From the IMG/VR virus record IMGVR_UViG_3300042451_001437: a DNA stretch of 64,000 bases; one strand, given 5' to 3'. Source of the stretch: an uncultured virus (IMG/VR IMGVR_UViG_3300042451_001437). Taxonomy: Duplodnaviria; Heunggongvirae; Uroviricota; Caudoviricetes. Position numbers and translations under genes: made by a program. Below are positions 49,196 through 58,301 of this stretch, piece after piece. The notes under the pieces are model-generated. The model worked only from the letters and a program-made list of their open reading frames with translations. It had not been told where the DNA came from and ran no database searches. The stretch's first letter is position 1. Every line of letters starts with the position of its first letter.

Positions 49196-51007
49196 TTGGC
49201 AAAACAAATTACAGATAAAAAAGAATTACTTTTAGAGTTCGCAAGATGCTCTCAAGACCCTTGTTATGTTATAGAAAGTTATTTCGAAACTTTTGATAAA
49301 ACAAGAGAGGGGTATGTACCTTTTGAACTTTTTGATGGCCAAAGAACTTTAGTTTCTAACTATAGAAAACATAGATTTAATTTAGTTCTAAAATATCGTC
49401 AGGCTGGTATCTCAACGGTAACAGCCGCATATTCTGCTGTACTCACAGCTTTCGCTAGTCCAGACAGACCTGAGAAAGTATTGATTCTTGCCAACAAGCA
49501 AGAAACAGCGATTGAGTTCCAAAACAAAATCATTAACTTCATTAAACAATTACCTGATTGGGTAAATGTAACATTTGATAAATCATCGCAAAAACACGTT
49601 AGATTATCTAATGGTTCTGAAATTAAAGCCGTTGCAACATCTCAGGATGCCTTGCGTGGTTATACACCTACGGTCTTATTAATTGACGAGGCTGCGTTCG
49701 TTGAAGGTGGTCAAGAGTTATGGACAGCGTGTTTGGCCTCAATTGGTACTGGTGGTAAAGCTGTATTAATTTCAACACCTAACGGATTAGATCCAATCTA
49801 TTACGCCTCATATGAGGGTGCAATTAAAGGTGATAATAGTTTCTGTGTTACTCACTTAAAATGGTGGCAAGATCCACGATTCAACAAAGATTTACGTTTA
49901 ATTAAAACTAAAGATATTGTTGACTGGATTCAAAAACCAAATACTGAAAAACACGAAGAAATTATTGAATCGGTTATTGATTTACACCCAGATGTTATAG
50001 CTAAATTTATCGCAGATGGTTATAAACCACACTCCACATGGTATGAAAACATGTGTAGGGATATGAACTTTAACAAACGTATGATTAACCAGGAGTTGGA
50101 ATGTGCGTTTATTGGATCTGGTGATAACGTAATTGAAGGTGAGGTTATTAGAAAACAAGAACAAGAAAATGTTAGAGTTCCTGAGGTTAAAGATAAAGCT
50201 TGGGACAGTAACCTATGGATATGGCAATTACCACAAAAGGGTCATAGATACATATTAGCCCTTGACGTATCCAGAGGTGACTCTGAAGATGCTACGGGTA
50301 TGTGTATTATTGATTACGATACTTTTGAGCAGGTTTTAGAGTATCATGGTAAAGTTCCACCAGATGTAGCCGCTTTAATTGTAGACCAATACGGTAGAAT
50401 GTATGACGCATTGTCAACATTTGATATTACAGGTGGTATGGGTATAGCCTCAACACAAAAACTAAAAGAATTGGGTTACCCTAAAAAATTATTACATTAT
50501 GATAATGATGGTGATAGTAACAGCATGTATTACATGCCAGATGAAAACGCTATACCAGGTATTAATTTTGCATCTAAAAACAGAAGGAGTCAAATTGTGG
50601 CTGCTTTAGAAGAAGCTGTTGCTAGAGGTGGTTTTAAAATACGCAGCGAAAGATTGACAGCTGAGTTAAAAAAATTCGTTTATAAAAACGGTAAACCAGA
50701 CCACATGAAAGGTTCACACGATGACCTTATTATGGCCCTTGGTATGTGTCTATTTGTGGCTAACACATCATTTAAAAGGTTACAAGAATCTGATAATATG
50801 ACCAGAGCTATGTTAGACAGTTGGAAAATAACAACTAATAACACAAAAACAGATGCAGACTATTTATTAAAAGACGTAACTAGCTCACCAAATCCTGATA
50901 AATCATATTATAATTCTGATGAATTTGCTACGAATAATAATATGATGAACACCAGGGAATTTTCTTGGCTTTTTGGCGTTATGAAACCTAAACCTAATAA
51001 TAATTAA
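49196..51007 (+). CDS. gp17: Terminase large subunit (T4 gp17-like)
   Basis: KYRQAGIST (Walker A), LLIDEAAF (Walker B), ISTPNG, QELECAF, LDVSRGDSED, HDDLIMA; TTG start. Confidence 0.95.
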   Translation: MAKQITDKKELLLEFARCSQDPCYVIESYFETFDKTREGYVPFELFDGQRTLVSNYRKHRFNLVLKYRQAGISTVTAAYSAVLTAFASPDRPEKVLILANKQETAIEFQNKIINFIKQLPDWVNVTFDKSSQKHVRLSNGSEIKAVATSQDALRGYTPTVLLIDEAAFVEGGQELWTACLASIGTGGKAVLISTPNGLDPIYYASYEGAIKGDNSFCVTHLKWWQDPRFNKDLRLIKTKDIVDWIQKPNTEKHEEIIESVIDLHPDVIAKFIADGYKPHSTWYENMCRDMNFNKRMINQELECAFIGSGDNVIEGEVIRKQEQENVRVPEVKDKAWDSNLWIWQLPQKGHRYILALDVSRGDSEDATGMCIIDYDTFEQVLEYHGKVPPDVAALIVDQYGRMYDALSTFDITGGMGIASTQKLKELGYPKKLLHYDNDGDSNSMYYMPDENAIPGINFASKNRRSQIVAALEEAVARGGFKIRSERLTAELKKFVYKNGKPDHMKGSHDDLIMALGMCLFVANTSFKRLQESDNMTRAMLDSWKITTNNTKTDADYLLKDVTSSPNPDKSYYNSDEFATNNNMMNTREFSWLFGVMKPKPNNN

Positions 51008-51021
51008 AACAATTAAACAAA

Positions 51022-51261
51022 ATGGCAAATATAATTAAACAAGCTAGAAGTACTGGACCAGGGTCCACATCAATCATTAGAAAAGTAGACCCAAAAAATT
51101 TAGACAGAAGAGATGGTAGAGCATTGCAAAGAAATATTGATGCAATTAAATGCTCACCAGAATCAGATGGTACAACAACATATGTACAAAAAAAAGAATG
51201 GGTCGAAGCTGTTGAAAATTACAACTTCCCACCATATGTAGATTGTGAATACGTAAATTAA
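51022..51261 (+). CDS. Hypothetical protein
   Basis: 79-aa ORF between terminase and portal. Confidence 0.65.
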   Translation: MANIIKQARSTGPGSTSIIRKVDPKNLDRRDGRALQRNIDAIKCSPESDGTTTYVQKKEWVEAVENYNFPPYVDCEYVN

Positions 51262-51267
51262 AAATAT

Positions 51268-53127
51268 ATGGCAGATAATAGATTAACAATATTTCAAAGA
51301 TTAAATAAAGTTCTCGGCAATGAAGTCGATGGGCCAAAATACGTCATTGACCCTAGTTCATTCAATGGGTTAAGTGGTGATGATTTGGAACAAAAAAAGT
51401 TAGAGGCGCAACAAACGCTATATCTACAAAATCAGTGGAAAAAAATTGATAATGAACTTTATCAAAAAGCCGTTTACTATGAACCAACAAGAATTGCGTC
51501 ATATTATGATTATGAAGCCATGGAATATACTCCAGAAATTTCTGTTGCGTTGGATATTTTTGCTGAGGAAGCAACAACTGCAAATGAAAACGGTAAAGTT
51601 TTAACAATTTATTCTGATAGCACAAGAATTAAAAAAGAGTTAACGGATTTATTCGAAAATGTTTTGGATATTAACGCTAACCTTACGTCTTGGGCTAGAA
51701 ACGTATGTAAATACGGTGATAACTTTGTCTATAACAAGATTGTACCTAACCAAGGTATTGTTGGCGTAACCCAATTACCTAATATTGAGATGACCAGATC
51801 TGAACCAGGTTTTTCAAAGGTTACAAGTTTGGATGATCAACAAAAAGAAAAAAACATTAAATTTTTCTGGAAAGATAAAAACGTTGAGTTTAACTCATTT
51901 GAAATTTCTCACTTTAGATTACTTGGTGACGATAGGAGATTACCGTATGGTACCTCTATGCTTGAAAAAGTAAGAAGGATTTGGAAACAATTATTGTTAT
52001 CTGAAGATGCTATGTTAGTTTACCGTGTAACCAGAGCACCAGAAAGACGTGTTTATAAAGTATTCGTTGGTAATATGGATGATAAAGATGTTGATGCTTA
52101 TGTTGACAAGATCGCCAATAACTTTAAAAGGGTTAATATGGTTAATAAAGATAATGGTAATCAGGATACACGTTATAACGCATTAGCTGTTGATCAGGAC
52201 TATTTTATCCCTGTTAGGGATCCAAGCCTTGCGATGCCAATTGAGACGCTTCCTGGGGCTCAAAACCTATCAGAAATAGCCGATATCGAATACATTCAAA
52301 AGAAAATGCTTGCCGCTCTTAGAGTACCTAAAGCTTTTATTGGTTTTGAAGAAACAACTGGTGATGGTAAAAACTTGGCCATCCTTGATGTTCGTTTTGC
52401 AAGAGCCGTACATAGAATACAAAAAGCTCTTATCCAAGAGTTAAATAAAATGGCTATTATCCATTTATATACCAAAGGTTTTACAGATGACCTAGAAAAC
52501 TTTACATTAACATTAACAAGCCCATCCACACAAGCTGAAATGCTTAAAATCCAAAACTGGAAAGAGAAGGTTACGTTATATCGTGATGCGGTTTCTGATG
52601 CTGGTAATGGATTCTCAGCTATGTCAATGACTTATGCTAAGAAAGAGATCTTAAACATGAGTGATGATGAGATTAAACTTGATATCCAAAGACAAGCTGT
52701 TGAAAAAGCTGGTGGTGAGGAAATTAAAGCTCTTGGAGAAACCATTAAACAAACAGGTATATTCAGAGATATTTACAAAATTTACAAAATCGACCCTAAT
52801 AACATGACACTTGGTGCTACTGGTGGAACTGGTTCAGACGCTGCTGCTATGGGTGGTGGTGGTGGATCCATGGGCGGTGGTATGACGGAACCTGCTGGTG
52901 GTACAGACTTTACAGCACCTTTAGAAGTTCCAGGAGCTGAGGCTGGTGCTGAAATACCTGGTGCGGAAACCCCAGAAGCTGGTGCCGAAACAGAGGCTAG
53001 TACGGAAATACCTGGTACTGAAGAACCTTTAGCTGAGATAACTAAAAGAAAATTAGATGCTAAGAATAAATTAATCAATGAGGCGCTCAAAAAAACAATT
53101 GATGAAATTGACGATTTATTGGTATAA
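51268..53127 (+). CDS. gp20: Portal protein (T4 gp20-like)
   Basis: YEAMEYTPEISVALDI, EDAMLVYRVTRAPERRVY, DYFIPVR, IETLPGAQNL..IADIEYIQKK..AALRVPK. Confidence 0.95.
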   Translation: MADNRLTIFQRLNKVLGNEVDGPKYVIDPSSFNGLSGDDLEQKKLEAQQTLYLQNQWKKIDNELYQKAVYYEPTRIASYYDYEAMEYTPEISVALDIFAEEATTANENGKVLTIYSDSTRIKKELTDLFENVLDINANLTSWARNVCKYGDNFVYNKIVPNQGIVGVTQLPNIEMTRSEPGFSKVTSLDDQQKEKNIKFFWKDKNVEFNSFEISHFRLLGDDRRLPYGTSMLEKVRRIWKQLLLSEDAMLVYRVTRAPERRVYKVFVGNMDDKDVDAYVDKIANNFKRVNMVNKDNGNQDTRYNALAVDQDYFIPVRDPSLAMPIETLPGAQNLSEIADIEYIQKKMLAALRVPKAFIGFEETTGDGKNLAILDVRFARAVHRIQKALIQELNKMAIIHLYTKGFTDDLENFTLTLTSPSTQAEMLKIQNWKEKVTLYRDAVSDAGNGFSAMSMTYAKKEILNMSDDEIKLDIQRQAVEKAGGEEIKALGETIKQTGIFRDIYKIYKIDPNNMTLGATGGTGSDAAAMGGGGGSMGGGMTEPAGGTDFTAPLEVPGAEAGAEIPGAETPEAGAETEASTEIPGTEEPLAEITKRKLDAKNKLINEALKKTIDEIDDLLV

Positions 53128-53165
53128 TAAAAAAATAACTGATATTTATATAAAAAATTAAACAA

Positions 53166-53879
53166 ATGTTTGGACAATTAAAAGAAAGTATTCTTTCAGA
53201 TTTAGAAAAAACATACCAAGAAAAAGGTGAAAAAGATTTTAAGAAATCTTTTGCTAAGTATGTTAAAGTATTAAAAGAAAATAACGTATTAAGAGAGTTT
53301 AATGAGGTTTATAACTTATTGAACACAATGAAATTTGAAAACGAAGAAATTGCAAAAGAATTCGTTGAAGAATCAATAATACATTTAAAATCTTTTGATT
53401 TAACAAAAGTTGATGCTTTAAAAAGTTTAACTGAAAACGTTACTATTGTTAATAACACAATTAACGAAAGTATCGACCAGCTTATTTTTAATAAAAAAAT
53501 ATCTTTAGTTGATAAAGTTAAACATAAAACAAATTTGGTTAAACACTTAACTAGAGTTGATGAAAATGTTGTATCGTTAAAAGAATCAATCGATAAGATT
53601 AATGAAAGTTTAGCGGATAAAATCTCAAAATTAAATGAGGAACAAGTAAAGGTTTTAAATTTATTTGCTGAAAATGATGAATCGGCTATTAATGAATATT
53701 ACACAACATTAATTGAAAGCACACAAGGTGTGGTTGAAGAGACTATCAATAAAGCTGATGACATTATTGTTGTTAAGAAATTATTAGAGGTTAGATCAAA
53801 GTTAAATGAGATGAAAAATCAAAAACCATCGCTAGATGTCATTGATAACGTACTTGATTTAAAGAAAAGTTTCGAATAA
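53166..53879 (+). CDS. Helical prohead-core-like protein
   Basis: 237 aa after the portal, rich in L/I-x-E motifs; late motif at 53143. Confidence 0.55.
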   Translation: MFGQLKESILSDLEKTYQEKGEKDFKKSFAKYVKVLKENNVLREFNEVYNLLNTMKFENEEIAKEFVEESIIHLKSFDLTKVDALKSLTENVTIVNNTINESIDQLIFNKKISLVDKVKHKTNLVKHLTRVDENVVSLKESIDKINESLADKISKLNEEQVKVLNLFAENDESAINEYYTTLIESTQGVVEETINKADDIIVVKKLLEVRSKLNEMKNQKPSLDVIDNVLDLKKSFE

Positions 53880-53901
53880 AACAAAATTACTTATAAAAAG
53901 T

Positions 53902-53933
53902 AAAGCCAGGGTAGCGAATCCTGGCTTTTTTTT
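53902..53933. terminator. Intrinsic (likely bidirectional) terminator
   Basis: AAAGCCAGG...CCTGGCTTT plus a T-run, between convergent genes. Confidence 0.8.
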
Positions 53934-53980
53934 GTTCCATAACTGGAACGGTCCTAAAACACCGCTTATAGCGGAATATC

Positions 53981-54289
53981 TTATTTGGTTTCCTCAACCG
54001 CAGTATCTTCAGTAGCAGCTGACGCCTCAGCATTTGATTTCGCTATTGATACTTTGTGACCAGTATAGTTTTTATAACCAATTAAAGCGGCCCCAATCAT
54101 GGTAAAAGCCACCGCCTGGTTAATTACGTCCATACTTTTGTCAATGAACATTTTATCAATCACCCCTAATAAGAATGATAAACAGCCAATCATTACGATT
54201 ATAAAGCCTGATGTTGATGTTACAGATGTTTTTCCGTCTGGGTTCGATGTCATCTCACCGAAAGACCATTTTTTGATGTCTACGTTCAT
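53981..54289 (-). CDS. Two-TM membrane protein (holin-like)
   Basis: GFIIVMIGCLSFLLGVI and AVAFTMIGAALIGY hydrophobic helices; late motif at 54308-54314. Confidence 0.6.
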   Translation of the reverse strand: MNVDIKKWSFGEMTSNPDGKTSVTSTSGFIIVMIGCLSFLLGVIDKMFIDKSMDVINQAVAFTMIGAALIGYKNYTGHKVSIAKSNAEASAATEDTAVEETK

Positions 54290-54394
54290 AATTAATGTGT
54301 GTTTAATATAAATATCCGAAATTTGCTTTAATGAACTTTTTTTCTTATTATTATATTAATAAATAATAAAAAAGACTAAACATGAAGAAAGAAA

Positions 54395-54844
54395 ATGCAA
54401 TGCAAATTTGGGAAAGAAAAGAAACTCTTTACAGACGAGAGATTTCGAGTTAAATACGGTACGATTGATGCCGTAAAATTAAACGCAGTATACCTAAATA
54501 TCGAATCCTGGGTACAACCAAAAGATATAGAAAATTACGATTCATATATCAGGTTAATGCGAAAACAAATTATTGTTAAAATAAAGGATAGTATCGACAC
54601 AATAACGTTTAATGAGAATTTTATTGTTGATCTAGACCTGAGAGCTTCAGGTATGTCAACAGATAAAAAAAGTTTTATGTTTATCGAATTAACCGTGTAT
54701 CCAAAAGAAAAATTGAAATTTAATTCAACTTTAATGTTTAAAAAAATGCAAGAATTATCTAATCTTGTGATAGAATCCTTAGAACAGAATAAATTAAACT
54801 ACTTTTCAAAAAAATCAAATGCTAGATCAAGAAGACTTATATGA
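54395..54844 (+). CDS. Hypothetical protein
   Basis: 149 aa (YGTID...YLNIESWVQP...FIVDLDLRASG). Confidence 0.72.
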   Translation: MQCKFGKEKKLFTDERFRVKYGTIDAVKLNAVYLNIESWVQPKDIENYDSYIRLMRKQIIVKIKDSIDTITFNENFIVDLDLRASGMSTDKKSFMFIELTVYPKEKLKFNSTLMFKKMQELSNLVIESLEQNKLNYFSKKSNARSRRLI

Positions 54845-55742
54845 GATGTCTCCAGAAGAGGGACAGGAAATGCTTAAAGACCATTTAGAAAAAATATACC
54901 CATCAATTGAATCGTGGTATACAATAAACAATACTGATTTCTTTTTTAATTTTAAAACAGTTGCCACTGTTGAATCTGGTTTATATAGCATGATATATAA
55001 CGATGGTAACGGCTTTGGTGTTTCAAAACTACCATATAAAAGCGATGAATTTTTTCATTTACCATCATTACCACATAATGAAATTATTGATGATTTAATT
55101 AATTTTTGGGATAATGTTGATAGGTTTAAAAAATATAACCTAACACCTAAAAGAGGTATTATTTTATATGGTGACCCAGGTTGTGGTAAAACATCATTAA
55201 TTTATTTATTAGTTGATAAGTTAAAAGAATATAACGGACTGTCAATCTATTTTGATAACCCATTTAATTGGGTTGAATTAGCTAAATTAGTTAGAAAGGT
55301 TGAAAAGACAAGACCTTTACTTTGTATCATTGAAGATATAGATCTTGTAATTCAAAAGTTCGGTGAGGAAGTTTTTTTAAACTTTTTAGATGGCCTAAAC
55401 TCAATAGATAATGTTGTTTACGTTGCCACAACAAATAATCTTGAGAAAATACCAGCTAGGATTAAAGATAGACCATCAAGATTTGATAAAAAATATAAGA
55501 TAGAAAAGCCAACCGCAGAAGATAGAAAGATTTATTTCAAGGAGATATTGGATGAAGAAGACCAAAAGCTGTATGACATGGATAAATTAGTTAAAGATAC
55601 TAATGGTTATACCATGGCCCATCTTAAGGAAACTTTTATTTCATTATATATTCTTAAAAACCCATATGATGAAACGATCAAGCGATTAAAAAATAAAAAA
55701 ATTGCTGACGAAAGAATGGGATTTGATCTTTCTGATGATTAA
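54819..55742 (+). CDS. AAA+ ATPase
   Basis: RGIILYGDPGCGKT, IIEDID, FLNFLDG, ATTN, DRPSRFD. Confidence 0.9.
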   Translation: MLDQEDLYEMSPEEGQEMLKDHLEKIYPSIESWYTINNTDFFFNFKTVATVESGLYSMIYNDGNGFGVSKLPYKSDEFFHLPSLPHNEIIDDLINFWDNVDRFKKYNLTPKRGIILYGDPGCGKTSLIYLLVDKLKEYNGLSIYFDNPFNWVELAKLVRKVEKTRPLLCIIEDIDLVIQKFGEEVFLNFLDGLNSIDNVVYVATTNNLEKIPARIKDRPSRFDKKYKIEKPTAEDRKIYFKEILDEEDQKLYDMDKLVKDTNGYTMAHLKETFISLYILKNPYDETIKRLKNKKIADERMGFDLSDD

Positions 55743-55792
55743 CCACGCACTTAACTTGTTTTCATTATATTTATATTATATAATCTACTAAA

Positions 55793-56506
55793 ATGGGTAT
55801 AAAAATATTAAAAGAAAACGAAGAAGGTTTTGGTATCTTAATTGAAGGTGATGCTGGTTCAGTATCCGAGGTATTACAAGGGCAAATTATAAATGAGGAA
55901 ATTAGTAAGGGCCCGATAGATTTATCTGGACCCATATACTATTACGCCACATTACAAAAATATGGTGTTGAAAATAGAAATGGTAGGGTTTATCCTGAGA
56001 ATATCTTAAGAAAAGAAGTTGAGAGATATAGAGAAGTTATTGCTCGTAATTCCAGTTTTCATGAATTGGATCACCCACAGGAATCGGTTATATCACTTAA
56101 AGGTGGTTCACCACATAGGATAGTTGATATCTTCTGGAAAGATAATGTTCTTATCGGTAAATTAGAAATATTAGTATCTGAAGGTTTTAGAAGAGGTGGT
56201 ATAATTTCTTGCAATGGTGATTTAGTAGCACACTACTTAAGTTATGGTATGACATTAGGTATCTCATCTAGAGGTGTTGGTAGCCTTAAAAAGATCAACG
56301 GTAAAAATGTTGTGCAAGATGACTTCGAATTAATATGTTGGGATATTGTTTCATCACCGTCTACCCCAGGTTCTTACTTATATAAAGACCCACAGGATTT
56401 CAAAAAATATGATGAAGTTTTAAACGAACCAGCTGGTATTGAAGAAAACGCAGCACCAGAAGAGGATAGTTTTTTAGCAAATCTTAATAAATTTTTGAAG
56501 TTTTAA
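55793..56506 (+). CDS. gp21: Prohead core protease (T4 gp21-like)
   Basis: NRNGRVYP, ELDHP, GISSRGVGSL, DFELICWDIVSSPSTPGSY. Confidence 0.93.
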   Translation: MGIKILKENEEGFGILIEGDAGSVSEVLQGQIINEEISKGPIDLSGPIYYYATLQKYGVENRNGRVYPENILRKEVERYREVIARNSSFHELDHPQESVISLKGGSPHRIVDIFWKDNVLIGKLEILVSEGFRRGGIISCNGDLVAHYLSYGMTLGISSRGVGSLKKINGKNVVQDDFELICWDIVSSPSTPGSYLYKDPQDFKKYDEVLNEPAGIEENAAPEEDSFLANLNKFLKF

Positions 56507-56560
56507 GTTGTTTTTTTAAAAAATTTTTACTACTATTATAGCAGTTAAAAAATATTTTTT

Positions 56561-56800
56561 ATGAAAACTTACTATTGGTACACAGTTACAATTCAATTCG
56601 TTGTTGAAGACGAGCAAACAGGAAAAATTAAAAAGATTAAAGAAAATTATCTTACCAAAGCAATCTCTGTTACTGACGCAGAAGCCTCTGTAATCAAGGA
56701 TCTTGAAGGTACAATGGGTGATTTTAGAATCTTAAAAATTGATGAGTCTAAAATTGTTAGAGTTATCCTTCCACAAGGAGTTGACATCAACGCTGAATAA
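56561..56800 (+). CDS. DUF4494-like protein
   Basis: W..V.IQF....GKIKKIKENYL..A.SVTDAEA.V...F.I..I.ESKI; a family I know mainly from Bacteroidetes. Confidence 0.65.
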   Translation: MKTYYWYTVTIQFVVEDEQTGKIKKIKENYLTKAISVTDAEASVIKDLEGTMGDFRILKIDESKIVRVILPQGVDINAE

Positions 56801-56821
56801 AAAACTAAGACAAAAACATTT

Positions 56822-56853
56822 AAAAAACCATCCATATCGGGTGGTTTTTTTTT
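56822..56853 (+). terminator. Intrinsic terminator
   Basis: AAAAAACCATCC-atatc-GGGTGGTTTTTTTTT. Confidence 0.75.
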
Positions 56854-56975
56854 GCTTAATGCCCATGTTATATGGGAAAAAAGGGATAATTTTTATTTTT
56901 TTTTGTTCTTTTGATATTTTCATAGTATTTATTACTAAGATAACCTATCATAATAATTTTTTAATAAATTAAAAC

Positions 56976-58268
56976 ATGAGCAAAACAAATATTTTAGCAG
57001 AGACTCTAGCTGAAATTCAAGAATTAAGAGAAGCCGTTTCTAAAAACGCTAATCACGCTTTGAAAAGCACTCTTAAAGAAGAATTAGAAGAAATTGTCAA
57101 AAACAACCTAGAGGAAGTTAATGACGAAGAGTTAACAGATGACATGCCTGGTGATAATCTACCAGGTGATCAAGCAGCAGATAATGATGCTGACGGTATG
57201 GGTGATATGCCTACTGAACCACAAGATGGTGAAGAGGTTATTGACTTAACCGACAAATCAGATGAGGAAGTAATTAATCATTTCAACCTCATGGAACCAG
57301 CTGACGAGATCGAAATCGTACAAACTCCAGAAGGTGGGGTACAAATCAACATTACAGCATCTACTAAGGATGACGAAGAATCTAAAGAAGATTCTGAAGA
57401 AACACCAGTAGCTACTGATATTGATGAGTACAACGATAAACCAATGGAAGGTATGGTCGATGAAATGATTGACTTAGAAGAAGAGCCAGTGTATGAGGTT
57501 GAAATCTCAGAAGAGGATCTTAACGAAGTTGCTAAGGAAGCTACAGCTCACATCGTAAACAAAGGTGGATCAGTTCCAACAGGTGAAAGTAAACTTGAAG
57601 AACCCGCTAAAGAAAATGGTGTGATTAAAAATGCAGCTACCAAACACATGTCTACTAAAGGTGGATCAATTCCAACAGGTGAAAAGAAACTTGAGGAACC
57701 AGCTAAAGAAAACGGTGTGATTAAAAATGCAGCTACGAAAGATATCCACGAAAGTACACAAAATAAGGCTGGAAACAAAAACAAAGAAAAAGAGTTACAT
57801 GAAAGCTTGGTGGTAATGAGAAAAAAATACCAAGAAGCAGTGGCTGAAAATAATAAAAAGACTCAAGAGTTAGATAGCTTCAAAACTTTAGCGGAAGAAT
57901 TTAAAGGTTCTGAAACTGAATATAAGTCAGCTATTAAAAATCTTAAGTCGCAGTTACAAGAAGTTGCTTTGTTCTCATCAAATCTAACTTATGCAATCAA
58001 ATTGATTACTGAAAACTCTACAACTAAGGATGAAAAATTAAATATCCTTAAGAGATTCGATTCAGCTAAAAACTTAAACGAGTCAAGAGAAATCTTCAAT
58101 AGTTTGCAAGATCAGTTAGTTTCTGGTAAAACAGCAACAAAACAGGTGATTGAAGACAAAATTATGGAAAGTCCGAAAGCTAGTGGTTCTTCAAAATTAA
58201 ATGAATCAACTGCTTATCAAAATCCACAATTATCTAGAATGTTAGATATCATCGGAAAAATTAAATAA
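56976..58268 (+). CDS. Prohead scaffolding/core protein (gp22-like)
   Basis: Highly acidic with a coiled-coil C-terminus and many (L/I)xE sites; located between protease and major capsid. Confidence 0.8.
   Translation: MSKTNILAETLAEIQELREAVSKNANHALKSTLKEELEEIVKNNLEEVNDEELTDDMPGDNLPGDQAADNDADGMGDMPTEPQDGEEVIDLTDKSDEEVINHFNLMEPADEIEIVQTPEGGVQINITASTKDDEESKEDSEETPVATDIDEYNDKPMEGMVDEMIDLEEEPVYEVEISEEDLNEVAKEATAHIVNKGGSVPTGESKLEEPAKENGVIKNAATKHMSTKGGSIPTGEKKLEEPAKENGVIKNAATKDIHESTQNKAGNKNKEKELHESLVVMRKKYQEAVAENNKKTQELDSFKTLAEEFKGSETEYKSAIKNLKSQLQEVALFSSNLTYAIKLITENSTTKDEKLNILKRFDSAKNLNESREIFNSLQDQLVSGKTATKQVIEDKIMESPKASGSSKLNESTAYQNPQLSRMLDIIGKIK
57561..57740 (+). repeat. 96-bp (32-aa) tandem duplication in scaffold
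   Basis: KGGSVPTGESKLEEPAKENGVIKNAATK at 57561 and KGGSIPTGEKKLEEPAKENGVIKNAATK at 57657. Confidence 0.9.
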
Positions 58269-58301
58269 TAAAATTAAAAAAAAACTTAAAAAAATACTAA
58301 A

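Noticed and set aside
52800..53040. Gly/Glu/Pro-rich repeats at the portal C-terminus
   Set aside because: Low-complexity tails are common on gp20-like portals of large phages, so this was not treated as a separate system.
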